DNA of 64,000 bases from a virus. Positions 35,686 to 46,900 of this stretch are shown here, one piece after another. How positions within the stretch are numbered: the stretch's first letter is position 1; each line of letters begins with the position of its first letter. A model generated the notes under the pieces. The model was not told where the DNA came from, did no database searches, and saw nothing but the letters and a program-made list of their open reading frames with translations. Position numbers and translations under genes: made by a program. The stretch lies in IMG/VR virus record IMGVR_UViG_3300030380_004057, positions 12,965 to 76,964 of that record, one strand, 5' to 3'.

Positions 35686-36861
35686 ATGGCACTATTAAAT
35701 AATAAAACAAACGAAACATATTACACTGGTAGTCAGTCTTTTTATATTAGTGGTACTATACCTTATACATATACATTAACTGAAATACAAACAGAGCATG
35801 GTAGTAAAATAACTGCTAATGATATTAGAGTTTACGTAGAGTCTAATAATTCTAACTATACTGATAGAGAAATATTTGATTGGACTGTTTCTGACGGTGT
35901 ATTAACTGTATTAACAGCTGGTGCTGCAGGTGGTGATGGCGATCAAGCTTTTGATGAATTAAACGAAATTAATGCTGAAGGTGTATTAAGAGTTGAATTA
36001 AGAGATCATATTTTTGGTGGATATAGACATACTTCACTTTCTAATATAGTGTCTAACTTTATAATAGGTTATGTTGGTGATGGTAAATTAATAAACAACG
36101 TTAGTAAAACAGATGTTGTTTTTCATGCTAGAAGAGGTTTACAAGAGTTTAGCTATGATATATTAAAAACAGTTAAATCACAAGAAGTTGAATTAAGCCC
36201 TTCATTAGCTATACCTATGCCTCAAGATTATGTAAGTTATGTTAAACTATGTTATGTTGATAACTCAGGTATAAAAAAAATAATATATCCAACTAAATTA
36301 ACTATAAACCCAACAGAAGCACCTGTGCAAGACGGTGATTATAACTATATATTTGATAACAATGGACAAATAGTTAGTGGTACTCCGTACACTGAAACAC
36401 AATGGCAGGCTTTTGACACTGATAATTTAACAGGTAATTTAAGTACTGAAGAAGATTATTATATAAGTAGAGATAATCATTTAGGCACTGATTTTGGTAG
36501 AAGATATGGTATTGAGCCAGAACATCAACAAATAAATGGTTATTTTACTATCAATGAAAGAACTGGTAGTTTTAATTTTAGTAGTGATTTATCAGGTAAA
36601 ATAATAGTTATAGAATACGTATCTGATAGTTTAGGTACTGATGCTGAAATGAAAGTGCATAAGTTTGCAGAAGAAGCATTATATAAACATATAGCTTTTA
36701 ATATATTATCTACTAGAAGAAACATACCAGAATATATAGTTCAAAGATTTAGAAAAGAAAGAAGAGCAGCGATGCGTAATGCTAAACTTAGATTATCTAA
36801 AATTAATTTAGCTGAAATATCACAAGTATTAAGAGGACAAAGTAAACGAATTAAAAATTAA
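35686..36861 (+). CDS. tail ring/tubular protein
   Basis: 391 aa; PQDYVSYVKL, AEEALYKHI, AKLRLS motifs. Confidence 0.7.
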   Translation: MALLNNKTNETYYTGSQSFYISGTIPYTYTLTEIQTEHGSKITANDIRVYVESNNSNYTDREIFDWTVSDGVLTVLTAGAAGGDGDQAFDELNEINAEGVLRVELRDHIFGGYRHTSLSNIVSNFIIGYVGDGKLINNVSKTDVVFHARRGLQEFSYDILKTVKSQEVELSPSLAIPMPQDYVSYVKLCYVDNSGIKKIIYPTKLTINPTEAPVQDGDYNYIFDNNGQIVSGTPYTETQWQAFDTDNLTGNLSTEEDYYISRDNHLGTDFGRRYGIEPEHQQINGYFTINERTGSFNFSSDLSGKIIVIEYVSDSLGTDAEMKVHKFAEEALYKHIAFNILSTRRNIPEYIVQRFRKERRAAMRNAKLRLSKINLAEISQVLRGQSKRIKN

Positions 36862-36864
36862 TAT

Positions 36865-39800
36865 ATGCCTAAAATTCAAAATAGCTTTTTACGAGGTAAA
36901 ATGAATAAAGACCTTGATGAAAGGCTTGTGCCAAAAGGTGAGTACCGTGAGGCACAAAATATATTAATTACGCAATCAGAAGGATCTGATGTAGGCGCTG
37001 TTGAAAATATAAAAGGTAATGCGCTAGCTGTACCTATGCCTGCTATTACGGGTAATTTAGAAACAATAGGTTATTTTGCTGATACTTTAAATAAAAAAGT
37101 TTATTGGTTTATAACTGACTTTACAGGTGATGATGGCGACGTAAGAACAATGTCTAGAGCTCAGTCAAGTAATACTTGTCAAATATTAATGGCAGATTTA
37201 AATAACACGTCTGAAGAAGCTAAAATAATAGTACAAGGTCATTTTTTAAATTTTAGCAAAAACCATTTAATTACAGGTGTAAATTTAATTGATGATTTAT
37301 TATTTTGGACAGATAATTATAATCAACCTAGAAAAATAAATGTTACAAGAGCAGAAGCAAATAATACTTATTATACAAAAGAAGATCAAATATCTGTAGC
37401 AAAGGTTGTGCCTTATTTAGCGCCTATATTACATAATTCTACTGGACAAGGCGATAGTACAACTTTAACTAACAATAGTGATATAGCTTCTGATTATTTA
37501 AAAGATAAATTTGTAAGGTTTTCATATAGATATAAATATGAAGATGGCGAGTATACTACTATGGCTCCGTTTACGCAAATAGTATTTAAACCTTTAAACG
37601 AAGGTAATATAGATAATATTTTAACAACAAGTAGAGAAGAAACAGATGTTCAAGATGTTTATTCTAAAACTATAGTTGGTATAATGAAGAACCTTTATAA
37701 TCAAGTAGAAGTTAGAATACCATTGCCAGGAGACGAATATCAAACAGATGCCTCTATTAATTGGAACAATGAATTACGTATAACTAAATTAGAAATACTT
37801 ATAAAAGAGTCTGATCAAGATGTGGTTAAGGTAGTAAAAGAAATAGATGTAAATGATAATGACTCGTTTACAAATTTATTAGAAACTAGACCTATACTAC
37901 AAGATAATATATCAACAACTTATTATAGGCATGTATACAAATATGTTTATAAGTCTGAAGAGCCTTATAAAATACTAGAAGACAAACAAATAACTAGGGT
38001 TTTTGATCAAGTTCCGTTAAGAGCTAAATCACAAGAAATATCTGGTAATAGAATCATATATGGTAACTTCACAGAAAACTACGAGCTACCAACTGATAGC
38101 AATGGTAAATCAGGTATAAATTATGTAATAAATAATACTAGTAAAGGTGATACAGCTATAAGCTCTATTTTTAATAATAATCCGCAATATAATAAATCAG
38201 TTTATAAAAACCACTCTATAAAACAAAAAAGAAAATATCAAGTTGGAGTTGTTTTAATAGATAAGTTTGGTAGACAATCATCGGTCATATTATCAACAGG
38301 TGATGTTGATACTATAAATATACCTGCAGTAGCAAGCGATTTAAGTAGTTTTTTTAATAGTAGTTATAGCTGGGCTAATAATCATGAGACTATTGGTAAA
38401 GCTTTATCAATAACTTTTAATGATACTACTATAGTAGATCAAGTATATGAAGGTGATATAACTAGCGAAGATTACAACCCGTATGGTTGGTATAGCTATA
38501 AAATAGTAGTTAAACAACAAGAACAGGAGTATTATAATATATATACTAATCACCCAGCTGATAACTGGAACAATGACTCAAATAGCCACGATGAAGTATT
38601 AGGTTTTAGTTGGATAAGTTTATATGGTAATAACATAAATAAAATACCAAGAGATGTTGATGAAGTTGATGAAGTAAGAGAAGGTGTTGCAGGTTCTGAT
38701 ACACTTGTTTTTCCAAAAGTAGTAAAAGCACCTAATTTTGCCAATAATGAATCTGTATCTGGTAAAGATCAAGATTTTATAGAAGTTATGACAGTTGGAA
38801 CTGCTAGAGAACAAGGATTGTTAACAAAAGGTGATAGAGACAAAGATAGAGTGCATGATTTTATAATGGCTAAACGAAATCCTTTATTAGCTCAAATAAA
38901 ATCTTTAAATAATACAGACCCAGCTTTTGGGCTTCCAATTGTTAATAGAGTTAAATATCATATTGATTTAAATGTTAATGATAATAACTCAGATGAAAAG
39001 TCTTATTTTCAAATAGGTGATGGTAATAGTATAAATCCATTTATTAGAGTTGGGCAAGAGGTTACTTTAAAAGCTGCTTCAGAACAAACAAAACATTTAA
39101 CTAATATTGGTAAAAAAGTATTAAACGTTAGAGTTGACAATGATGAGCAAAATGATTTTGATTCTAAAACCATAATATTAGACGGTGATGAAATAGATAA
39201 TGCTAGAGGTGGATCAGCTATGATGCAGGTAGGCCAAATAATAGAGTTTAGACAAGGTAATAATGATTCAGTTAGTTTAACTATGAATGTTTCTAGTAAT
39301 CCAACAAATACTACTATTAAAGTTTTTGGTGAAGATGGTTTTGTTTTATTCAATACATTTCAACAGATACAAGACAATGATAATGCTAGCGATTTAATTA
39401 TAACTGGCACAAACATACAAGTAGGAACATCAATATCAAATATAACTACATCATCTGGTTTTTATACTATAACTTTAAGTCAAGCTACAAGTGGTACTGT
39501 TACTGGCTTTGTAGATATAGTTGGTGGTGGTAATAATAGTAATCTATTTATGAACCAAAACTCTACTAATCAAAACAATATACTAACTACAGCTACTATA
39601 GAAAGACATGGTAATGAGTTTGTAGTTAGAAGACCTATATTGCAAAAAGTAGAATTAAATGAAAACAGCACAAGAACTATACTACATTTTGATAGAAGAG
39701 TTTTTCCAGATAATATAGATACTAGCGCTAATAAAAATCAATGTTTAGCTTTGTTTGATCCATTAACAATAAAACAAGTTGAAACAGAAACAGAAGGTAG

Positions 39801-41340
39801 CTTGGTTTATCAAAAAATTAAAATATCTCATGAACATGAGTTTAACACAGGTGAACAGATAGTTATACAAAATTTAGAAGAAGAGCCAATAGCAGTTTCA
39901 ACAGGTTTAACTGTACTTGAAACAAATCCTGTTAAGTCTAACCTAGATATATATTACGAGTCTTCAACTAGTGGTTTAATTAGGGATTTACATGCAGATA
40001 TAACAACTGGTAGTGCGGCTAAAGAAATAGCTTATTTTAACACGTTTATATTGGCAGGTGGCGGTAACGCAATAACTAATACACCTGGTATATATCACGT
40101 TGAAGAATCTAGAATAAAAGGTGAGTTTAATGGTAAATCAGTTGATTTTGGTGTTAGAGCTCATTTAGTAGATGATGAGTATGCTCAAAGAGTTAGAGGC
40201 AACGCTTTAATACACTCTGGAATATTTAACGCTAAAACAAAAGTAAACGAAACTAATCAGTTTTCTATTGGTGAAAATATAACTAAAGCTGTTGATATAC
40301 AAAACGGTAGCATACAAAAGCTATACGCTGAAGATACTAATTTAATTATATTTCAAGAAAATAAAGTTAGTAGAGCGTTAATAGATAAAGACGCTATATT
40401 TACACAAGAAGGCCAACCGCTCACAACCGCTTCAAGAGTTGTTATAGGACAAATTGGATCTTTTAGTGGTAAATATGGTATAAGTAAAAATCCTGAAAGC
40501 TTTGCGGTATACGCTGGCAGAAAATATTTTTCTGATAAAAATAGAGGTGTTATACTGCGATTATCGCAAGACGGATTAACACCTATATCAGATGCTGGTA
40601 TGCGTAGTTTTTTTAGGGATAATTTACAAAATGCTGTTAGAGTCTACGGTATGTATGATGAACAAAAAAATAAATACGTAATATCTCTGCAAAACAATCA
40701 AAGCGTAGCTTCTACTTATTTACCAGAATACGGAGATACTATTAATACTACTAATGTAACTAGGGATAACTACGCAACGCTATCGTATGATGAGTCATCA
40801 AAAGGTTGGGTTTCATTTTATACTTATAAACCTACTTTTGGATTTAGTATAAGTAACGAGTTTTATACTTATAATTTACAAAACTTATATCAACATTATA
40901 GAGATGATGTACAAAGGTGTATGTTTTATAAATCTGTTTTTACAGATCCAGCAAACGTAGAGTTTGTATTTAATGATCAACCAACAACTGTTAAAAATTT
41001 TCACACAATAGATTACGAAGGTACTACTGGTTGGAAAATGGCGTCAGCTGAAACAGATGTACACGTAGCTTTTCCTATATTAAGTAGTGATACATTTGTA
41101 TCATCACTTTCAATACCTGTAAATTTTGTTAATAAAGAAAACAAATATTACGGTCATATAAGAAATAATACTACAACAACTGCTTTAAATCAAATAGTAG
41201 GTGTTGATTTATCAGGTATAAAAGGATATTTTAATAAAGTTAAAATGCAGTATTGGAAACCTAGTGAAGAAATAGCTTCTTCTATTGATAAAGGAGAGCT
41301 GTATGCTGTAGGTAGTCAAACTGTTTATTCATCACAATAA
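36865..41340 (+). CDS. tail nozzle/stabilisation protein
   Basis: 1491 aa; F.RGKMNKDLDERL.P.GEYR.A.N start, YGISKNPES beta-propeller motif. Confidence 0.8.
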   Translation: MPKIQNSFLRGKMNKDLDERLVPKGEYREAQNILITQSEGSDVGAVENIKGNALAVPMPAITGNLETIGYFADTLNKKVYWFITDFTGDDGDVRTMSRAQSSNTCQILMADLNNTSEEAKIIVQGHFLNFSKNHLITGVNLIDDLLFWTDNYNQPRKINVTRAEANNTYYTKEDQISVAKVVPYLAPILHNSTGQGDSTTLTNNSDIASDYLKDKFVRFSYRYKYEDGEYTTMAPFTQIVFKPLNEGNIDNILTTSREETDVQDVYSKTIVGIMKNLYNQVEVRIPLPGDEYQTDASINWNNELRITKLEILIKESDQDVVKVVKEIDVNDNDSFTNLLETRPILQDNISTTYYRHVYKYVYKSEEPYKILEDKQITRVFDQVPLRAKSQEISGNRIIYGNFTENYELPTDSNGKSGINYVINNTSKGDTAISSIFNNNPQYNKSVYKNHSIKQKRKYQVGVVLIDKFGRQSSVILSTGDVDTINIPAVASDLSSFFNSSYSWANNHETIGKALSITFNDTTIVDQVYEGDITSEDYNPYGWYSYKIVVKQQEQEYYNIYTNHPADNWNNDSNSHDEVLGFSWISLYGNNINKIPRDVDEVDEVREGVAGSDTLVFPKVVKAPNFANNESVSGKDQDFIEVMTVGTAREQGLLTKGDRDKDRVHDFIMAKRNPLLAQIKSLNNTDPAFGLPIVNRVKYHIDLNVNDNNSDEKSYFQIGDGNSINPFIRVGQEVTLKAASEQTKHLTNIGKKVLNVRVDNDEQNDFDSKTIILDGDEIDNARGGSAMMQVGQIIEFRQGNNDSVSLTMNVSSNPTNTTIKVFGEDGFVLFNTFQQIQDNDNASDLIITGTNIQVGTSISNITTSSGFYTITLSQATSGTVTGFVDIVGGGNNSNLFMNQNSTNQNNILTTATIERHGNEFVVRRPILQKVELNENSTRTILHFDRRVFPDNIDTSANKNQCLALFDPLTIKQVETETEGSLVYQKIKISHEHEFNTGEQIVIQNLEEEPIAVSTGLTVLETNPVKSNLDIYYESSTSGLIRDLHADITTGSAAKEIAYFNTFILAGGGNAITNTPGIYHVEESRIKGEFNGKSVDFGVRAHLVDDEYAQRVRGNALIHSGIFNAKTKVNETNQFSIGENITKAVDIQNGSIQKLYAEDTNLIIFQENKVSRALIDKDAIFTQEGQPLTTASRVVIGQIGSFSGKYGISKNPESFAVYAGRKYFSDKNRGVILRLSQDGLTPISDAGMRSFFRDNLQNAVRVYGMYDEQKNKYVISLQNNQSVASTYLPEYGDTINTTNVTRDNYATLSYDESSKGWVSFYTYKPTFGFSISNEFYTYNLQNLYQHYRDDVQRCMFYKSVFTDPANVEFVFNDQPTTVKNFHTIDYEGTTGWKMASAETDVHVAFPILSSDTFVSSLSIPVNFVNKENKYYGHIRNNTTTTALNQIVGVDLSGIKGYFNKVKMQYWKPSEEIASSIDKGELYAVGSQTVYSSQ

Positions 41341-41342
41341 TT

Positions 41343-42167
41343 ATGAAAGAAAGATTATATTTATTTTTAGGTTTGTTTTTTGTAACAATACCAGCTTTTG
41401 CAGACCCAGCAACAGCAATGCTTATTAGCGCAGGTGTTAGCGCTTTGTCTAGTATATTTGGCGGTGTATCTGCCGGCGCGGCAAAAAGACAGGCTGAAAG
41501 AAGGGAAAGAGCAGCAGCGGCTAATCGTATGGCTTTAGAAGCCAATAGAGCAGATATACCTGATTTTGGTGCTGAGTTTGAGAATCCAGCTGCTAATTTA
41601 CAAGTTGCTACTAGAGCCAATGAGATACAAGCAGAGCAAGCTGATATATCGCTTGCTAGCACATTAGATACACTAAGAGCAACAGGCGCAAGCGCTGGTG
41701 GCGCAACAGCACTTGCTAGAGCTGCTTCACAAAGTAAAAGAGGCGTTTCTGCTAGCATACAACAACAAGAGGCTAGAAATGCACAGTTAAGAGCACAAGG
41801 TGAATTACAAGCTGCTAAAATAAGACAAGATGCTCAAGTAAGAACTTATCAAGCAACTGTTGCTAGAGAAAATCAACAACTAAATAGGGCTGCTAGTTTA
41901 GAAAGCTCTGCTAATCAACAAGCTGCTGCATATAGCGCTCAAAGCTCGCAAATGATCGGCCAAGCTGTAGGTGCTTTAGGTAGTTTCGCGGCTTTTGGTG
42001 GATTTGGAGCAGATGGTCCTTTTGCTGGTAGAGCTAATGAAAACACAAACACTCGTAACCTTGCAAATCAAGCTTTATCTGATAAAATAACAGCAGAATC
42101 TGATATATACGCTGAAGATATGTTAATAGAAGAGGTTGATGATTTAAGTTATTTAGGTTTAAATTAA
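41343..42167 (+). CDS. ejection (internal virion) protein 1
   Basis: 274 aa A/G/Q rich, hydrophobic G-rich ends; position after nozzle. Confidence 0.7.
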   Translation: MKERLYLFLGLFFVTIPAFADPATAMLISAGVSALSSIFGGVSAGAAKRQAERRERAAAANRMALEANRADIPDFGAEFENPAANLQVATRANEIQAEQADISLASTLDTLRATGASAGGATALARAASQSKRGVSASIQQQEARNAQLRAQGELQAAKIRQDAQVRTYQATVARENQQLNRAASLESSANQQAAAYSAQSSQMIGQAVGALGSFAAFGGFGADGPFAGRANENTNTRNLANQALSDKITAESDIYAEDMLIEEVDDLSYLGLN

Positions 42168-42172
42168 AAAAT

Positions 42173-43891
42173 ATGGCAACAAGAAGAAGAACACAATCAA
42201 ATCCTTTTGCAAGTGCTAACTTAGGTAGTGGCGCTAGAACTACAACAGGCGGGACATATGAAAACCCTAGATTAGGTATAGAAGATTATAGCGCTTTTAG
42301 TAGAGGCTTAGCATCTACTTTTAGAATGCCTGAAAAAAAAGAAGTTGAAAAGAAACAAGACTTAAATATTAATTTAGGTAATTTTGAAAGCGATAAAGAT
42401 AACTTTTTTGTAGACACAAGCGGTGTAATGCAAGACATGAGCTCTGATATATCTATTTTAGTTAATAATGCTTGGAAAAACGGCGAGCTTACAGAGTTAA
42501 ATAATTCATATAAAAACGCATTAAAAGGTGGTCAAGAAGAGCAAAATATATTAGCTCACATAAACGGTTATAGCCAAGCTATTGGTCCTAAAGATTCTAA
42601 TTTTGTAAAATATTTTGCAGCATTAGATGACGGTGTGCATGATCACAATGTTAGTAACAGACAACTACCTGGTATTGATGGTGGTAATTTAAATGGTACT
42701 ATAGCTGATTTTATTAGAATAGGTAATGAAAAACCTAGTGCTATAAAAATAGCTAGTAAAAGAAACTCAAATGGTATAATGCAATATGGTTTTGAAGTTG
42801 CTGGTTTAGGTTTTGTTAATGCTAGCGCTATGACTGACAAATGGATTGGTAAAAATATGAACGTTAAATATAGTCAAGCTAGTGCGTTAAGTGATGATTA
42901 TAAAAAATTTCAAATAAGTAATTTTAAACCTATGTTTTATGGTGATGACGAAACGTTATTTAAAGGAACAGATAAAGAATTTAAAGTTAAAACAGCAAAC
43001 GAAATAGTTCAAAGTGGTAGTATAAATACTTTTAATAAAATTGCTTTAGACGCTGCTAATATTAGGTTTAGTTCTCAAAACGATGCTTATTTTGCTTCTG
43101 CTATCTATCAGTTAGAACAAGATTACAAAAATGGATTTAAATTTTCAAAAGAATTACAAGCAGAACTTAACAAAAGTGAAGGCAACATACCTGATAATCT
43201 TAGATTAAGATTATTAAAAGATCATTATCAAGAAAACTTTAAACTTACAAACGGTAGTAATATGTATGTTAGAGGTGAAGATGGTAGAGCTATAGCTAAA
43301 ACAGCTGATAATATAGATCAATTTATGCCAGATACAAGTATAACGCAAAGAGATACTAGTGAAGGTGATAGCAGTGGTAGTGGGTTTAATTCTGATAATG
43401 CTTTTGATGCTATTACAACTTTATACGGCGAAGGTAGAATGGCTGGTGGCGGGCAAAGAGCTGGTACATTTAAAGCTGAGGAATTTGATTTAGATGGAGC
43501 TGTTAAATACCTTAATGATAAAGATCAAGGTGGAAATACTTTTTTCAACTTATATAACGATCAAGCTTTAAAAGATTTATTAGCTACAGATGATCTTAAC
43601 GAAACAAATAGAAAAAAACTAAACGACATAATAAGACAAAAATCACCTGGTTCTAAAAATAGATTAATAGCATACGTAGATAAAAGCGGTGAGCCTCAAG
43701 TTACTAAGTTTGATGGAACAATAACTAGTTTTATAAACGTAGTTAGTGGCTTCGGAGCTTTTAGCTCAAAAGAAGAATCAGCTTTAAGAAACAGAGTAGA
43801 TGAAATTTATAAAAAAGGCTCAGATATAGCTGAATATACTGATCCTAATGATTCATCGCCTCCTTCACCGCCTATAACGCCTAGATCATAA
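42173..43891 (+). CDS. ejection protein 2 (putative)
   Basis: 572 aa; position. Confidence 0.6.
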   Translation: MATRRRTQSNPFASANLGSGARTTTGGTYENPRLGIEDYSAFSRGLASTFRMPEKKEVEKKQDLNINLGNFESDKDNFFVDTSGVMQDMSSDISILVNNAWKNGELTELNNSYKNALKGGQEEQNILAHINGYSQAIGPKDSNFVKYFAALDDGVHDHNVSNRQLPGIDGGNLNGTIADFIRIGNEKPSAIKIASKRNSNGIMQYGFEVAGLGFVNASAMTDKWIGKNMNVKYSQASALSDDYKKFQISNFKPMFYGDDETLFKGTDKEFKVKTANEIVQSGSINTFNKIALDAANIRFSSQNDAYFASAIYQLEQDYKNGFKFSKELQAELNKSEGNIPDNLRLRLLKDHYQENFKLTNGSNMYVRGEDGRAIAKTADNIDQFMPDTSITQRDTSEGDSSGSGFNSDNAFDAITTLYGEGRMAGGGQRAGTFKAEEFDLDGAVKYLNDKDQGGNTFFNLYNDQALKDLLATDDLNETNRKKLNDIIRQKSPGSKNRLIAYVDKSGEPQVTKFDGTITSFINVVSGFGAFSSKEESALRNRVDEIYKKGSDIAEYTDPNDSSPPSPPITPRS

Positions 43892-43901
43892 AATAAACAA
43901 T

Positions 43902-46900
43902 ATGGCAAACGGAAATAGTTTAGAAAATACTTTTGAAGTATATCCTCAAAATGATATATTTATAGAAGACAAGCTTTATCAATATAAAGATATACAAGCT
44001 CAAATAGATGCTAAAGCGCCTGGTTTTGAAAATATAAAAACAGTAACTGACTATGTTAAAGCTTGGGGTGATAAAGCTCGTGTTGAGCAAGGTAGAGATG
44101 CTTTTGGACAGTTAATTACAGGAGAAAAAGCAACAATGGTTGATGAACCTAGAGTTGAAGACGATGGATTAAGTGAGTGGAAACAAACTTATGGCAAAGA
44201 CTTTACTGTTAATGAAATGGAAGTTGAGTTTCAAGCGTATGCAAAAGCTATAAATCCAGATAAAGACCAATTATTAGATATAGAGTCTTTTATTAATCCT
44301 GAAAACGCAAACTACGATCCTGATTTATTAAAACCTAGAGCTCCTGAAAAATTTACAATAGAAATGGCTACAGCTGTAACACCTAAGATACAGCCATATA
44401 AAGAAGAGCTTAACCAAGCTAGACAGTATTTAGAGTCTAGACCAAGAAAAAAGAGCGATAAACCTGTAACAAGAGATCAAATAGAAAAACTTGCTAGAAC
44501 TATAATAGCTAATAATAAAGAAATAGAATATCAAGACGCAAACGCTAAAAGTTATTTAGATGATAAATCAGATAATTATAGAAAAGCTTTATTTGATTAT
44601 AAAAATCCTGATTTTGTAAAAGGAACTTATATAGATCGTGAGCTTTTAGATGACCAGCAAAAAGAAATATTAGACTTTGATAAGTCTATAGTTAATAGTT
44701 CTAGTTATAAAAATTATAACAATTTTAACGCTACTGTTAAAGACTTAAGTGGTGAATTAGTAAATTTAAAAAATCAAATTTTAGAAGTAGAAAAAAGACC
44801 AGAAATATTACAAAATAATATTGATGAATATAATAATTTAGTTAATAATTATAATACTAAACTAAACAATTATAAAAACATATATAGTGGTCTTAAAAAA
44901 TCTGCTGAAAATTTAGATGTTAAAGTTTTTCAAAGAAACAAAAAAGTAGAAGATTTTGAAAAAAACATAAAAATTGCTGAAGGACAAAAAAATTTAGAAG
45001 CATTATTAGATTATTTAAAAAGAGACTATAGCCAAATAAACAAAGTATTTGGAGCGCCAGGGTCTGGTGAGCCAGGGACTTTTGCAGTTGGTATGATTAA
45101 AGCTGGTATTGACATAGCTAACTTTGTTGATTTTCAAGTATTTGGTGATGGTGATGGTTTTATTTCAAAAGATTTAACAAGATCTTTTGATGCAGGTCAA
45201 ACAATTAGAGCTTATGAAGACAAGCAAAGAGGTAAATTTTACAAACCAGTAAAGTTTGAAAATGCTTTTAAAAGTATTTCTAATTTTGGTGAGTTTATGG
45301 TTGATCAAGCTGTTCAACAATCTTCGTTTTTAGCAGCGATGTCAATAAATCCTTATTTAACATTTGCTGTATCTGGTGGCTCTTATGTTTCTGATAGAAA
45401 AAAAGAAGCTAGTACTTTTGGTGGTAGAAGTTATACAGAAGGAGAACTTAGATTAAAAAGTATTGGATTTGGTGCTGTTGAATACGCGTTTGGTACTGCT
45501 CCAACTATGGGTATATTAAGAAGAGCCAGAGGTAGGCTTAATGATATTGGTAAAAGAGAGTTAACGCAAGGTTATAAAAATAGATTTGATTATATTTATA
45601 AAAACAGTCCTGTTTTAGCATGGGACATAGGTGTTGAATCTTCAACAGAAAGTATAACTACGTTTTTTCAAAACGCTATTGATAGTAAACCTTTACTCAA
45701 TGGTATGGGTGAAAGCGCTTTTGTAGGTGGTATGTTTGGTTTTACTTTTTCAGGCGCACCTATGTTATATGGAGCTGCTTTAAGTAATTTTTCTGACTAC
45801 GATACTTATCAAGGTTATAGAAATAACTTAAATATGATTGGAGTATTACAGAGAAATAATCTAAGCCCTTTTGTGAGTGAAAAAGATAAACAACAAAATC
45901 TTAAAACTATTAAAGATTTAGAAGCTGAAAATTTAGAAACATTAAATCAAATAGAAAATAATGTTAATGAAGAGTTAACTTCAGAGGGTTTTAATTTATA
46001 TCAAGCTGCTACTAATAAACAAGAGCAGTTAAGAATAGAAGCAGAACAAATACTAAACAACAAGTCTTTACCAAAAGATATAAAAGATAAAAAGTTAAAA
46101 CCATTAAAAGCTGAGTTTGATCAATTACAAGCAGGTAGAGATGCTTTTAGACAATCATTTAGAAAAACATTTCCTTTGCTTGATAAAAAAGAAAGGTCTA
46201 GATTAAATGATTTAGCTGTTAAAAATTTACAAGCTAAAGGAACTTCTGTGCCTAGCGAACAAGCAATACTACAAGAAGCTGAAAATATATATAATTCAGA
46301 AAGCATAGACAAAAATGCTGAGAACGATTTAAAAATAATTAATAATCTTGGTGAAGCGGGTGTAAATATAAGTTATAACTTATCTAATTCAAATAATCAA
46401 ATTATAAAAGATTATAAAGAAATATTAGATGGTCATGTTGCTAATCCTGATGTTGATTTAACACAAGCACAAGCAGACGCTAAATTTAATAGGTTTAAAA
46501 AAGGTATTGAAAATGGTACTATAAACGGTATAAACGAAGCTGTATTAGATAACAAATCTGGTAAAAATATTTATAATGTTTTAGTTTCTAAACAAAACTC
46601 TGTAGCAAACGGCAAACAACATACTGGTATACATGAAATAGGTCATACTATATTTACAGAAGCTTTTGCTAGTAATCCAAATGCTTTTGTAGATTTATCT
46701 AACGTTATATTAGAATACTTAAAAAAAGTAAATCCAGAAGCCTACACTAGGGTAGCTACTAGAACTGCTGGTCAAAATGCTGATGAAGTTTTAACTAATT
46801 TTTTAGAGGAAGTTGCAGATAATAATATTGATTTTAACAAAGCAAAAAACGCAGGGTTTTTAGGGCCAATTGGTAGAATATTAGGGCTTGGTGTTAGTAG

